Source of the DNA: Hormiphora californensis
Taxonomy: Eukaryota; Animalia; Ctenophora
Assembly (NCBI GenBank): GCA_020137815.1
Contig: CM035360.1
Span: 1 to 64,000 of the forward strand
Reading direction: 5' to 3'
DNA length: 64,000 bases
Shown here: positions 47,001 to 58,400 of the stretch, piece by piece
Position numbering within the stretch: position 1 is the first letter of the stretch
Layout of the letters: each line of letters starts with the position of its first letter
Translations under genes and position numbers: made by a program
Notes under the pieces: generated by a model
The model's database searches: none
Seen by the model: the letters and a program-made list of their open reading frames with translations, nothing else
What the model was told of the DNA's origin: nothing

Positions 47001-49304
47001 AGTCGGGGTCTGGGTCTTCCTACACTTCCCCAGAGAGGGGCCCTGACAGGCAATAGTATAGGGCACGTAGGGTCGGGTGTGGTAATGGTAGACGACCTCA
47101 TCCGAGTCATCAGACACAGGTCCAAAGTGGCCGCCACATTCATCCACCACGGGCTGGGCACCTCCGATATCTTGGAATGTGTAGATTCCGAATCCGTCCA
47201 GGGCATACCCAGTCAACTTTCCGTGGGTGTCTGGGCGGGCACCTCTCGAGATCCCCTTGTAGTCCTGCAGTATGGGGAGGGGATGTTAGTATGGAGAGGG
47301 GGGTTAGTATGGAGAGGGGGGGGGGGCGGCGGGGGGTAGTATGGAGGGGGGTGTTAGTAGGGGTGACCAGGGAAGGGGGTTAATAATAGGAGGGTGGGAG
47401 GGTCTAGTAAGTAATTATACTTGAGCGTTACAATATATTAGCTGTCAAATAAAGGACCCCTCCTTCTACTCCTGACTCTACAGACTCTATAGTAAAGGAC
47501 CCCACCTAGAATCTCCTAGACTCTAAAAGCCTATAACACTATATTACCTGAGTGTAAGGTTCGAGGCACTCTGGGGCCTTGTGGAAGTGGTAGGTAGGAG
47601 GAGAGAAGGGAATGTGTTTATCCTCACTGTGTTTAGCGACCTCCTCCATAGGCGGAGTGACGTGTCCTCCACATGTCAGTTGGAAACCAGCTTCATCAAT
47701 ACTCACATCACCTGGGGAGGGGATTGTTAATTGCCTAATGAGGGGTGGGGGAATGTGTTGGAAAGAAGAGGCTCTAAAGAGATGGATTCTAAAGTGGGGG
47801 AAGGTGAGGTGTTGGAGGGGGGCACTAAAGAAGACGTGTTCTAAAGAGTCACCTGCATCGTTGGGCCCGTAGATTCCGATTCCGTTGATTGCAATACCAA
47901 GTGCAGCTCCCACTGATTTGAGGGCCCTGACACCCCTCGCATCGTACATCATAGCAGGTCGGTCCCAGCGGGTGGGGTTGGGGTGCATGGGCACAGCGAA
48001 GTAGTTGTGTTGGGGCACCCAGACATCACCATACTCAGTTGTACCACGTCCCAGGGATGTGTTGCCACACTTCATGTAGTCAGGGAAGAAACACATTCCC
48101 TTCTCTATCTCGATATCAATGCAATACCCATATCCCAGACCAATTGGGCAGTAGGGATTGTAGTAGAAATCTGGGACGGTGTTAGAGTGGAAATATCTCA
48201 TGTGCCCGTCGTTACTCTCGGCCATGCAGTGACCCCAGTTGTTGTCCCTGTTGGCTTCCTGCCAGGTGATATTCATGCACCAATCGTAAGGTAGTTCAGG
48301 GAACAGTTCAGTAGGGATGGGAGGGGGAGGGGGCATCTTCTCTTTCTCCTCCTCTCCTGCTTCACGTCGCATCCTGTTAGCTAGATGGTCCTCTGGGTAA
48401 TTGACAAACTCTAGACACCGTTCTGTTGTGTCCCTCACTCCATTGTGACATCTCTCAAAGTCACGTTGGCTAACCTGGACAGTGGCCGCAGACAGGGCGG
48501 TAATAACCTGGGGGAGTGTTGGGTTAGGGAGTTGGGAGAGCGACAATAACCTGGGGGAGTGTTGGGTTAGGGAGCTGGGAGAGCAGTAATAACCTGGGGG
48601 AGGGCCAGGGAGGAGTGTTATTAAAAAGAATTGGTTGGTATATTCTGATAAAAACATGTAGTAGGAACAATCAATGAGTTATGATGGGGGTTGTCCGGGA
48701 ACATTAGAACGTCGCGTTGTCCGGGAATTGTCACGACATTAGAGGGCCAACAACAAGATGACTCACCGCTAGTGATAGAAGAACTCTGATCATCATGTTG
48801 CAATGGGTAGTTTGATAGTCGCCCCTGTCCACCTTTTATACCCTCTCCCTACCCCCCACTTCTCGCCCCCTCTGGGTCCTACTAATTGTATCATTGTTTG
48901 TTAGCACCAGGGAGGGAGGGTAGACAAAGGTGACCCATCTGTTTCACAGTTTCGCTGGGGTGCTAACAACTAATGATAATAGGGGTTGTAGTGATAATCA
49001 AATTGTAGTAGCCAGAACTGTGAAAAAAAGTGTTTAAATGTTTCTAATATAGGAGTGTGGCAATAAGTTTATTGATAAGTTTAGGTCCCTTTTGGTCATT
49101 GGTCTTGTGGTGATAAACATCATGTCACTTAGAAAACTTGAGATTTTGGGCCCTAATTAACTGTCTCATATTGTATTTGGGCCCTAATTAACTGTCCCAT
49201 ATATTGTAAAAGAAAACCAGCTAAAAATATGGGTGTGTGTTGCTTGTGTGTGTACTGGGCCTTATCACATACCATGTGACGTGTCTCACATTTCTACGTA
49301 AAGA

Positions 49305-49336
<32 letters not shown>

Positions 49337-52008
49337 TATATATTAAAATTTTATATATATAATATAGAGATCGCTCTCTCGCGCGCTCTCTCTATCGCCT
49401 CTAGCGACTCGCGAGCGCGCGAGCTATAGCTCGAGAGGCGAGATATCCGAGAGACTCCGCAGCCTCTCCGCGCTCGCGCTTCTCTCTCGCTCTCGCTCGC
49501 TCTGCTCTCGGCCTCTCTCTCATAGCTCAGAGCTCTGCTTCTCTCCTTCAGACTACTCGCCTTCTCGCTCTCTTCTCTCTCTCTCTTCTCATCTCTCTAT
49601 CTGCTCTCTTGCTCTCTCTCTCTCTCTCTCTTTATTGCTCTCTCTCTTCTATCCTCTCGTCTCTCTCGCTCTCTCCGCTCTCACTCGCGAGATCACCTCT
49701 CTAGATTTCGCTCGAGGTTGTTTTTTTTCTTTTGCTCGACGCTCCTCGGTTTTGTCTCTCTCATAGCGCGCACTCTCTCTCGCTCTCTCTCAGCGAGAGC
49801 GCTCTCGCGCGCCTCGCTCGAGCGCTCGAGATCTCTCTCTCGTCTCTCTTTCTATTCTTTTTTAGCTCTCTCTGCGACCCTCTTCGGCTCGTCTCTCGAT
49901 GCCGCTCTCTGTCTCTGCTCCTCTCTCTCTCTCTCTCATCTCTCTCTCCTACCCTCGCTCTAGCGTTCTCTCGCGCGAGCGCGCGCTCTCTCTCTCTCTC
50001 TTCGGAATCTGCTCTCTCTCGCTTCTCTCTTGCTCTCTCTAGCTCTCTTCTCTCTCTCTTCTCTTCCCTTCTCTCTCTCTTCTTCAGCCCTCTCTTCTCT
50101 CCCTTTGTCGCTTATCGCTCCCGCCTCTCCTCCCCCTTCTTTCTCCCCTCTTTTCCCTCTTTTGTTCCCTCTTCACTATCCTTTGTCTTGACACGGGTTG
50201 CTTTATTTGCATTCACGTTGCCTCTTTTTCTTAGTGACCCCTTCTTTTGAATTTTGCTTGTTCGACTTGGGTCTCCAGGCTCCTTCGAGAAAGTTCTTGG
50301 AATGCAGTGATGTGTGTGTGTGTGTGTGTGTGATATTTGCCCACAATTACACAGTGTGAAACCAAGCACAACCTCTAGACTCTAGTAGTAGTTGGGAGTT
50401 GCACTTCCTAAAAAATTCATCCTCCTTTCACAAACATACGGCAATGCATCTCTCCTTCCAGAGAATATACTACAACCATCAAACCTTCCATATTATTCTC
50501 CCCTGCTCACTTCTCTATTTCTAACATTTAGTCAGTTCTACTCACCTCTCTATTTCTAACTCTACTCACCTCTCTGTTTCAGGGACTTGCGTTGTTTGTT
50601 ACGAAAGGGACACTTCTGGGTTGTTGTAGCTGTATACGCCCTCACCAGGTAACATATAGCAGGTGTATAATGTGACATAGTGTGTCATAGTGTGTATAAT
50701 GTGTCATAGTGTGTGTCATAGTGTCCGGGTATTCACGGAACACACTATTCTAATTCTCTCTCTCTCTCTTTCAGTGGAGTATTCAATGGCTACAGCCTGG
50801 CTCTGGAGCCTATACTAAGTAAAAGTGGGATTAGTCAGAGTACAGCAGGAAAGATAGGGTTCATTGGTCTGTTGGCTTCTGTTCCTGCTAATGTTGTGAT
50901 TGGGGCTATGGGGTCGGCCTTCACGAGATACCAGGTCAGTCACAGAGAAAGGTTTTCTGTACTGGAACGCGCCGTGACACAGAACCTGGGAATCGAGCGC
51001 AAATCAGCGCGCAATATGTCGCGCGCTTCAGCCTGGAAACTGAATTCAACTGTTCCGGACTGCCTGTTGCAATAATGCACCTGGTGCAGTGTTAGCCGTT
51101 TACTTTACACCTGAAAACGGCTACAATTACTAAACTAGTTTCCAATATTTCACAGAAACTGATGAATGTGATAATCCTATCGATTGGAACGGGATGTTTC
51201 ACAGTGTTTGTGGCGCTAATTCAACATTGGATACCCTACAACCACACTCTAATGTTTTTCTTTGTTATAACGGGAATTATCTGTATAACAGGTAATGGAA
51301 TATGTGAAATGTGTTGTAGTAGTAGTATAACAGGTAATGGAATGTGAAATGTGTAGTAGTAGTAGGAGAAATGGGGGCCCCGCGTTGATTCTGGTGATTT
51401 ATAAAGCCCAGCAACTTCAATTTAACCCCTTTATTCCCAGGTGTTGTCCCCTTATTATTTGATATGAGTGCAGACTCCAGCCACCCAGTCAGTGAGGAAC
51501 TAAGTAGTACTATTATGGTGTTGGGCAACCAGATTATGTGCAACATCTTCCTTATCCTAGTTGCTGTTAAAGGACTATGTAAGTGAACTAATAACTTGTA
51601 GTAATCTGCCCAATTGTGTCAATTGGCACACGCCCTTTCTCTCCTTGTTGTTCTCACCCCTTTTAACTCACCCCTTCCAACACCCCTAACCCCTTCCAAC
51701 ACCTCTAACTCAACACCTTCCATCACACCCCTTCTGACAGTAACACGTCTCCTTCTTCTTCCCCTTCCAACACCTACTTCTTATTCTTCTTCCCTTTAGT
51801 GGCTGACGAAGAGAAACAGAAGTTAAACTACGTTCTTGTTGTGGCGTTTCTACTTGCTATCCTACTGTCATGTTTATGGAAAAACACCGTCTACAGAGTT
51901 GACATTGACAACCACTCCATCACATATGAACAACTAGATACGAGGAGTATTCAACAAATACGAAACGCAGAGCTGGAAAACAGTCGTAGTGGGTTCCCAC
52001 GGATCTAA
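44001..52008 (+). CDS. SLC49A4: MFS transporter, SLC49A4/DIRC2-like (exons 44001-44087, 44163-44300, 44476-44566, 44696-44895, 45038-45152, 45396-45461, 45768-45915, 46307-46433, 50583-50648, 50775-50934, 51156-51291, 51441-51578, 51800-52008; one 1-nt frameshift near 50605)
   Basis: N-terminal dileucine signal EEKPLL, then RWYILFAF..QGFVGNSWGPI, NWFPTTERVVATG, YFPSRPKYAPTASA, PLLFDMSADSSHPVSEE and YRVDID, in the order seen in the SLC49 family. Exon phases are consistent except at the one noted position. The second exon has a weak donor. Confidence 0.85.
45929..46150. repeat. 29-bp intronic minisatellite (TTGTTATACAGGGTGTCCCACTATGTGAC)n
   Basis: About 7.5 tandem copies visible. Confidence 0.95.
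46833..48796 (-). CDS. Secreted YHYH-domain protein nested antisense in an intron of the SLC49A4-like gene (exons 48796-48767, 48507-47853, 47711-47548, 47264-46833)
   Basis: Signal peptide MMIRVLLSLAVITALSAA. YHYH-family motifs GIAINGIGIYGP, CGGH, YHFH, GYALDGFGIY, DECGGH and YHYH, plus a Cys-rich C-terminus. GT-AG, phase-consistent joins. Confidence 0.88.
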
Positions 52009-52030
52009 GACAGTTTGAAATCTCCACGGG

Positions 52031-52072
<42 letters not shown>

Positions 52073-53932
52073 CAGTTAAATTTGTATGTTTTGATATTAT
52101 TTTGATGAATCAAGTCAGTTATTGATAAAGACAGTTGGGCTGCACATGAAGGATACAGATAATGTAGAGGGTTAATTGTAATATGTACAGTTTTAGGTGC
52201 GTATAGTTTTATCAGCTGAGTGACAGTGTGTGCTCACTGAGCCGACCTGATGTGATCACTGCTCGGATCGGGTCGGCACCGTCAGTTGATAGCTATTTTC
52301 CGGAGATGAATTGCCCGCAATGATGTGATTGATGTGTATAATGATTTTACAGTTGAGAGATAAGGTGATATTGTTATTGCCGGACGAATTGAAGCTGTGG
52401 TAGCTGGACAATGTATGATAGATTATTGATAGTACTATTAGTACTATTAGTACAGCGTGCACATCTCGTGTAAATATATAATTCAGGTTTTCTGGTTTCT
52501 GTACAGCCATGTGTGGCTGTAACACATGAAAATATACCGTGTTTTTAATTGTAGTTTTGGAAAATTGGCTTCAAAATGAAGCCCAGTGACGCCCCCCCCC
52601 CCAGTGGCGTGCCAGTGGAAGGGCTGATCCCTGTCGCTAACCCCGTTTTGATTCTACAACAAAGACAGTGCCGGTGTGCTCATATATCAGATAGATCAAT
52701 CACTGATCTGTCAGAGCATTAGCCTAGGACATTAGGACAACAATCGCCCAACCTGAACCATGAAGCCAACTTTCAGATCAAAATACACGTTACTTTGTAT
52801 GGGTTAACAAACAAAACACAAAAACACAAACTCCAGTTTTGATTTCGATTCTCTCTCTCTTTGATATTCTATACAGTTCGTTGGCCGGTATATTATATAG
52901 ATCTCTAAAATTGCAAAAGATATGTACAAGTGGTATTTCTCAATGTCTATAGACACTGCCTACTATAACAGCTAGTAGTACAGCTGGGGCAGAGATATAA
53001 GCCCTGACTGACTCCTGTCAGGCCAATGCTCTGACCACAGTTCTCGCGCGAGAATGGGTCAGGCCAATGCTCTGACAGACTGACTCTGGAAATGACTGAC
53101 ATATTATGAGCTTTCATCGTGGCTATATCTTGTTTTGTTCGAGGCTCGAACAAGGCAAGCTATTATAACAGTACGCCCAGATCATTGAGCAAACAATTTA
53201 TAATTCCCCCAATTTCGCAAATAAACAGCAATCAAATAAAATCTTAATACCAAGATCTCTAACTTCCGTCTCTCTAACTTCCTATGAGCTGTACTAATGA
53301 TGAACTGGTGTGGAGTTATCAGTACCGACTAGCGAGACACACTCAGTTGCTCAGTCCCAACATCGCGAATTGGAGGAGCTCCTGTCAGGCCATGATGCTC
53401 TGGCAGATCGGAGCTGCTACAGCAAGGAGCTGCTAATTAACAGCTAATTAGCTGCTAATTAGCTGTTAATTAGCTGTTAATTTAGCTGCTAATTAGGGCA
53501 CACAAACACATGTAAACAATCTCAGTTTTATAGCTTCACTCTCTCTCAGTCCACTCTTGTTCAAATTACAGGGTCCATTCTTGTTCGAATTAATAGATCC
53601 TGCACATCGAGAGGATCCAACTTGATTTGTTCAAACAAGGATCCAATTTATTGGTAGTAGAACATGAAGATTTAAAAGCAGCACGTGTTGTTTCACTTCA
53701 CATTATATTCCTCTCTTGCCTGCTGTAAACGCTGCCGTAACAAATGGAGTTGCTGAAAAAAGAAAGACTTGAACTGGAGTTAGAAATTGGGCTTTTTATT
53801 GGGGGAGGGGGGGCAAATTGGGCTTTTCATTGGGAAATGTAACAAACAATGTGATCCGTCTGTGGGACCCTGTTTTTATCTTCACTCACTGAGTGATCGG
53901 GTGCCGGGTGGGCGCCGCCAAACAGCGAATTA

Positions 53933-54940
53933 TTAGGTTGTCCCATAAATATTGTCCCTCGGTGATTTTTCCAAGAAAATAACGATTTGAAAGAAAATAA
54001 ACGGTCCTACGGTATTTTTGACATCCTTGGCTCCATTCCTATAGGTCAGGGATTCTACGTGCCCATACAGAAGGGTAGCTGTAGGTGAATTTGGTAGGCC
54101 AGTCTTGTAACGATCTTAAAACTGACTTTGGCCCATTTTGTACCTAGCCAAAACCATCTCGGCACCATCTAACCTCAGGAGAGTCATCTCTGATCCCTTT
54201 TGAGGTAGTGTGGTGAGTTACACGCATCCTGTCTGGCGCCGCGACCCATCTGAGCACACTGTCGCGTGTGAGAATCAAATTGGGGTCTGGCGCCGCCAGA
54301 CAGCACGCATCGGAATGATGCTCAGACATCCCTATGACAACTTATGTGCACGCCAAATCGACAAATTAACATTGATTTTCAGCGCAAAAAGTGGCTACCT
54401 CGCAAAATTATGTTTCTCGGCCCCAGATGGGCCACCTGGATGCGATTGATGGTCCTATGTGGTAGAGAAAGGTCTATTCTAGAGTTCATAGGCCGATTTC
54501 AAGACTGTCCTTCATTGGCTTCTTCTCACGATCATTGTTTTCTGTCAAAAACGTCTGCAGCTGCCGTTTTGAGTGAACTCTGTTTAAGGAGTGATAGCCC
54601 TAAAACGAAGGGTTCTATTCAAAAGTTAAAGGTCCCTGGAGCTCCCAGAGGATGCCCCCTAAGTCCCCAGCGGGAAAAATGAGCAGTCCATATCCTTATT
54701 TTAGCACAGGATTCGATTTAATGAGAAGAAAAAAATTTCATGATCGAAATTTTGAAGATCGTAGTAAGACATACGTGTAAAGATTGGCCCATAATTCCTG
54801 AACTATACTACCTTGATACATCCCCAACCTATAGGAATGGAGCCAAGGATGCTAGGAATACCGTAGGACCGTTTATTTTCTTTCAAATCATCATTTTCTT
54901 GAAAAAATCACCGAGGGACAATATTTATGGGACAAACTAA
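53933..54940. mobile_element. mariner-like non-autonomous element (~1 kb, ~190-bp imperfect TIRs, TA TSD)
   Basis: ta|TTAGGTTGTCCCATAAATATTGTCCCTCGGTGATTTTT ... AAAAATCACCGAGGGACAATATTTATGGGACAAACTAA|ta. The TTAGGTTG start resembles mariner TIRs. No transposase ORF. Confidence 0.88.
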
Positions 54941-55465
54941 TATCAGAACCAGGGGCGTTCTGATTTAGAAAAAATCGCAAGAAACATATGGCACATAGTA
55001 AGATACCTGACCCTATATCTACCCTCTCTATAGTAGTATTATTAATACCTTGCTGACCCTTTTATATATATCTACCCTCTCTATATAATACCTTGCTGAC
55101 TTGGGAGGCACATGCTTTCTGGGAGATGTTAGGTAGTTCTGAATTCTTATCTATCTTGCCTGTCCGTGTCGCCCAACTACTGAAAATAAAGTAAGGGTTA
55201 ACACACGATATAATATGGTACTGAATCAGCACACGATATAATGGTACACTGAATCAATAACTTGACACAGGGTTAATTAAACAGCTGACATCATAAAAGG
55301 GGTGGATCGTTTTGAGACAGCTCATACAATTTGTCACCATTCAGCCACTAACAATTTAAAAATATACCATCTGTCAGTGTCAGTGGGAGTCAAAGCAATT
55401 CAATAATACAGTCTCCCACACAGTAAAACTCATAAAACTAAGAAAACTAAAATCATAGTGTGTCT

Positions 55466-58400
55466 CTAACAATCGTCATCACAGTCCCAAGGTCTATCAA
55501 GATCAATGATCTGATCATGTCCTGTCATTCCCGTGGTAGCGTAATATCTGTCAGTGGCTGTCATACAATAACTGTCACCTAGTCTGTCACCTAGTCTGTC
55601 ACCTTGTCTGTCACCTTCATACCTATCTTCTGATTTCTTGCTAGATGATCTGTGGTAACCCCACGTATGCTTCTGATCTATATATTTCTCCTCTACTAGA
55701 CGTGTCAAAGCAGACTTGGGACTACTGGATACTTGGTCACTGGTGGGGTGGGAGGGGGTGTTAGAGCAGACTTGGGACTGTTCGATACTTGGTCACTGCA
55801 GTGGGGGGATTGGAATCAGCTATCTAAAACTGAAGAAACCCCGTCATGCCATTCAACAAAATTAATTAATGAATTACCATTCATTAATTACCCTTCATTA
55901 ACTACCCTTCTTTACCTGGTGTCAATTCTGAGGTCAGCACACCGTTTCCCGCTCATGTAGTAACGTGGTTTAGTGCTGTTACCATGGTTACCATGGTTAC
56001 CATGGTGATCTGATGAGGGTGTTTTACAAGGAGCACTCATCTTTCTCTCCACCTGATCAGCACTCTTACCATTTATCACGTATCTGGTAAGGGAGAGGAG
56101 AGTTATAATCACGTAGTTGTTATAGCCACTGCATCGGAAGATATATCAGATCAGCATAGGACTGGAAAGACAAAACGGATAACCACTTCTGTTGATGAGT
56201 TGACGGACTAAATTTCTTGTAAGACATTTAGTCCGTCAACACATCACCATGGTGACCCCATGGTGATGATCCCGTCAACACGTCACCATGGTGACCCCAT
56301 GGTGATGATCCCGTCAACACGTCACCATGGTGACCCCATGGTGATGATCCCGTCAACACGTCACCATGGTGACCCCATGGTGATGATCCCGTCAACACGT
56401 CACCATGGTGACCCCATGGTGATGATCCCGTCAACACGTCACCATGGTGACCCCATGGTGATGATCCCGTCAACACGTCACCATGGTGACCCCATGGTGA
56501 TGATCCCGTCAACACGTCACCATGGTGACCCCATGGTGATGATCCCGTCAACACGTCACCATGGTGACCCCATGGTGATGATCCCGTCAACACGTCACCG
56601 TGGTGACCCCATGGTGATGATCCCGTCAACACGTCACCATGGTGACCCCATGGTGATGATCCCGTCAACACGTCACCATGGTGACCCCATGGTGATGATC
56701 CCGTCAACACATCACCATGGTGACCCCATGGTGATGATCCCGTCAACACATCACCATGGTGACCCCATGGTGATGATCCCGTCAACACGTCACCATGGTG
56801 ACCCCATGGTGTTGATCAAGCTATAACTTACGTTCTTCCGTTTCTGTTTTGGTTTTTATAAATATGGTTCAGGATCTTCTGAGTGTCGATCAGGTTGTTG
56901 TTTTTGTAGGCTTGTTCCGTTCTCTTGTGGTCCATCCTGTGGCCCGGGATGGTGTTATAACCATTCTCTATCCTCCTCTTACTGTCACCATGGTGCCCCC
57001 TTGAAGAGTGGCTATCACCATGGTGACCCCTTGAAGAGTTGCTTCCACCACCTCCATACTCATGATGGGTGTTCCGGCTTGGTGTCAGTGGTGACGATAT
57101 TTTGGCCGCTATGTGACGTGCCGATCGACCTGACAGAGAGAGGTGGGGTGTTAGGGGTGTCAGTGGTGATGATATCTTGGCGGCTATGTGACGTGCCGAT
57201 CGACCTGACAGAGAGAGAGAGAGGTGGGGTGTCATTGGTGATGGGGTGACGATATCTGGGCGATATCTTGCATGTTTGAGAAACTAAACTAATTAATTAA
57301 CTAATTAATTAACTAATTAAATTACCTATTTTGGGCATTGTGAACATGGCGGTGTCGTTAGGTTGCTGTATCTTGTAGCTCATACTGCTAACTGCTCGTG
57401 ACGCCCTGTTAACTTCAGGAGTAGCCGGCTGAGATTGGACCACTCTCTCTGGCACCTGGGCTGTCTTAGGCCGACTGAACGGAAGGGAGAAATGTTAACA
57501 CTTTGTTGGATCAGTTGCATTGGTAAATAACCAACAGATAAACAGGGATGTGAGACAGACATAGATATGATACTGGGATGTGAGCTGGGATATTTCATAG
57601 TGCTCGTAGTAGTAGTGGCGGGTCTGTAAGTGTTACAAAGTCGGTACTTTTTGTTTTTTATCAGCAGACATAGGTATGATACTGGGATGTGAGCCGAGAT
57701 ATTTCATAGTAGTAGTAGTAGTAGTGGGTCTGTAAGTGTTACAAAGTTTATGTTCTAGTCAGTACCAGATAAGTAACTTAGGGGGGGTTCCAACCTATTT
57801 TTTTGTATTTTTTTGTATTTTTTTGTACGGACCATACATAAAAGTATCCAAAATTCCTGTTTTTTTCCATACAAACAATACAAAAAAATACAAAAAAATA
57901 CAAAAAAATACAAAAAAATACAAAAAAATAATGAAGGATGTGGGTGCGTGAAAAAAGTATAAATAATACATGAGGTATAAACTCTGGCCACTGGCGCGTT
58001 ATTTCAGATAACTTTCTCCCAGCGCGCCGCTGGGAGAAGTTAGCTGAAGTTTATCCGCCGCTGGCGGATAAACTGGTTTAAATCACGACGACGATCCCGA
58101 GGCGGAGCCGAGGGAGAGGCGGAGGGGTTTAAACCTATAACGTGCCAGTGGTCAGAGTTTATAGGTTATATACCCTGCTTTAGTTGTTTATTTCAAGTAT
58201 TACACACCAACAAGAGAGAGAACACTAATCAAAACACTCAAAGAGGACTCAGAAATAGTTAAAACACCTCACAATTGAGTGTACACTGTTTGGTAACAGT
58301 TACTAAGCAGTTGCTAAGGAAAGAGAGTGAAAGAAATAGCCTGATAAGGGGCATGTCACACATAACACAGAGGAAGAGATAGTGAGACAAAAGGGGAGAT

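Noticed and set aside
56232-56815. CRISPR-like array (regular palindromic ~39-bp repeats)
   Set aside because: No unique spacers, no cas genes, and an intronic eukaryotic context; it is a plain minisatellite. The same applies to the 63-bp and 33-bp repeats.
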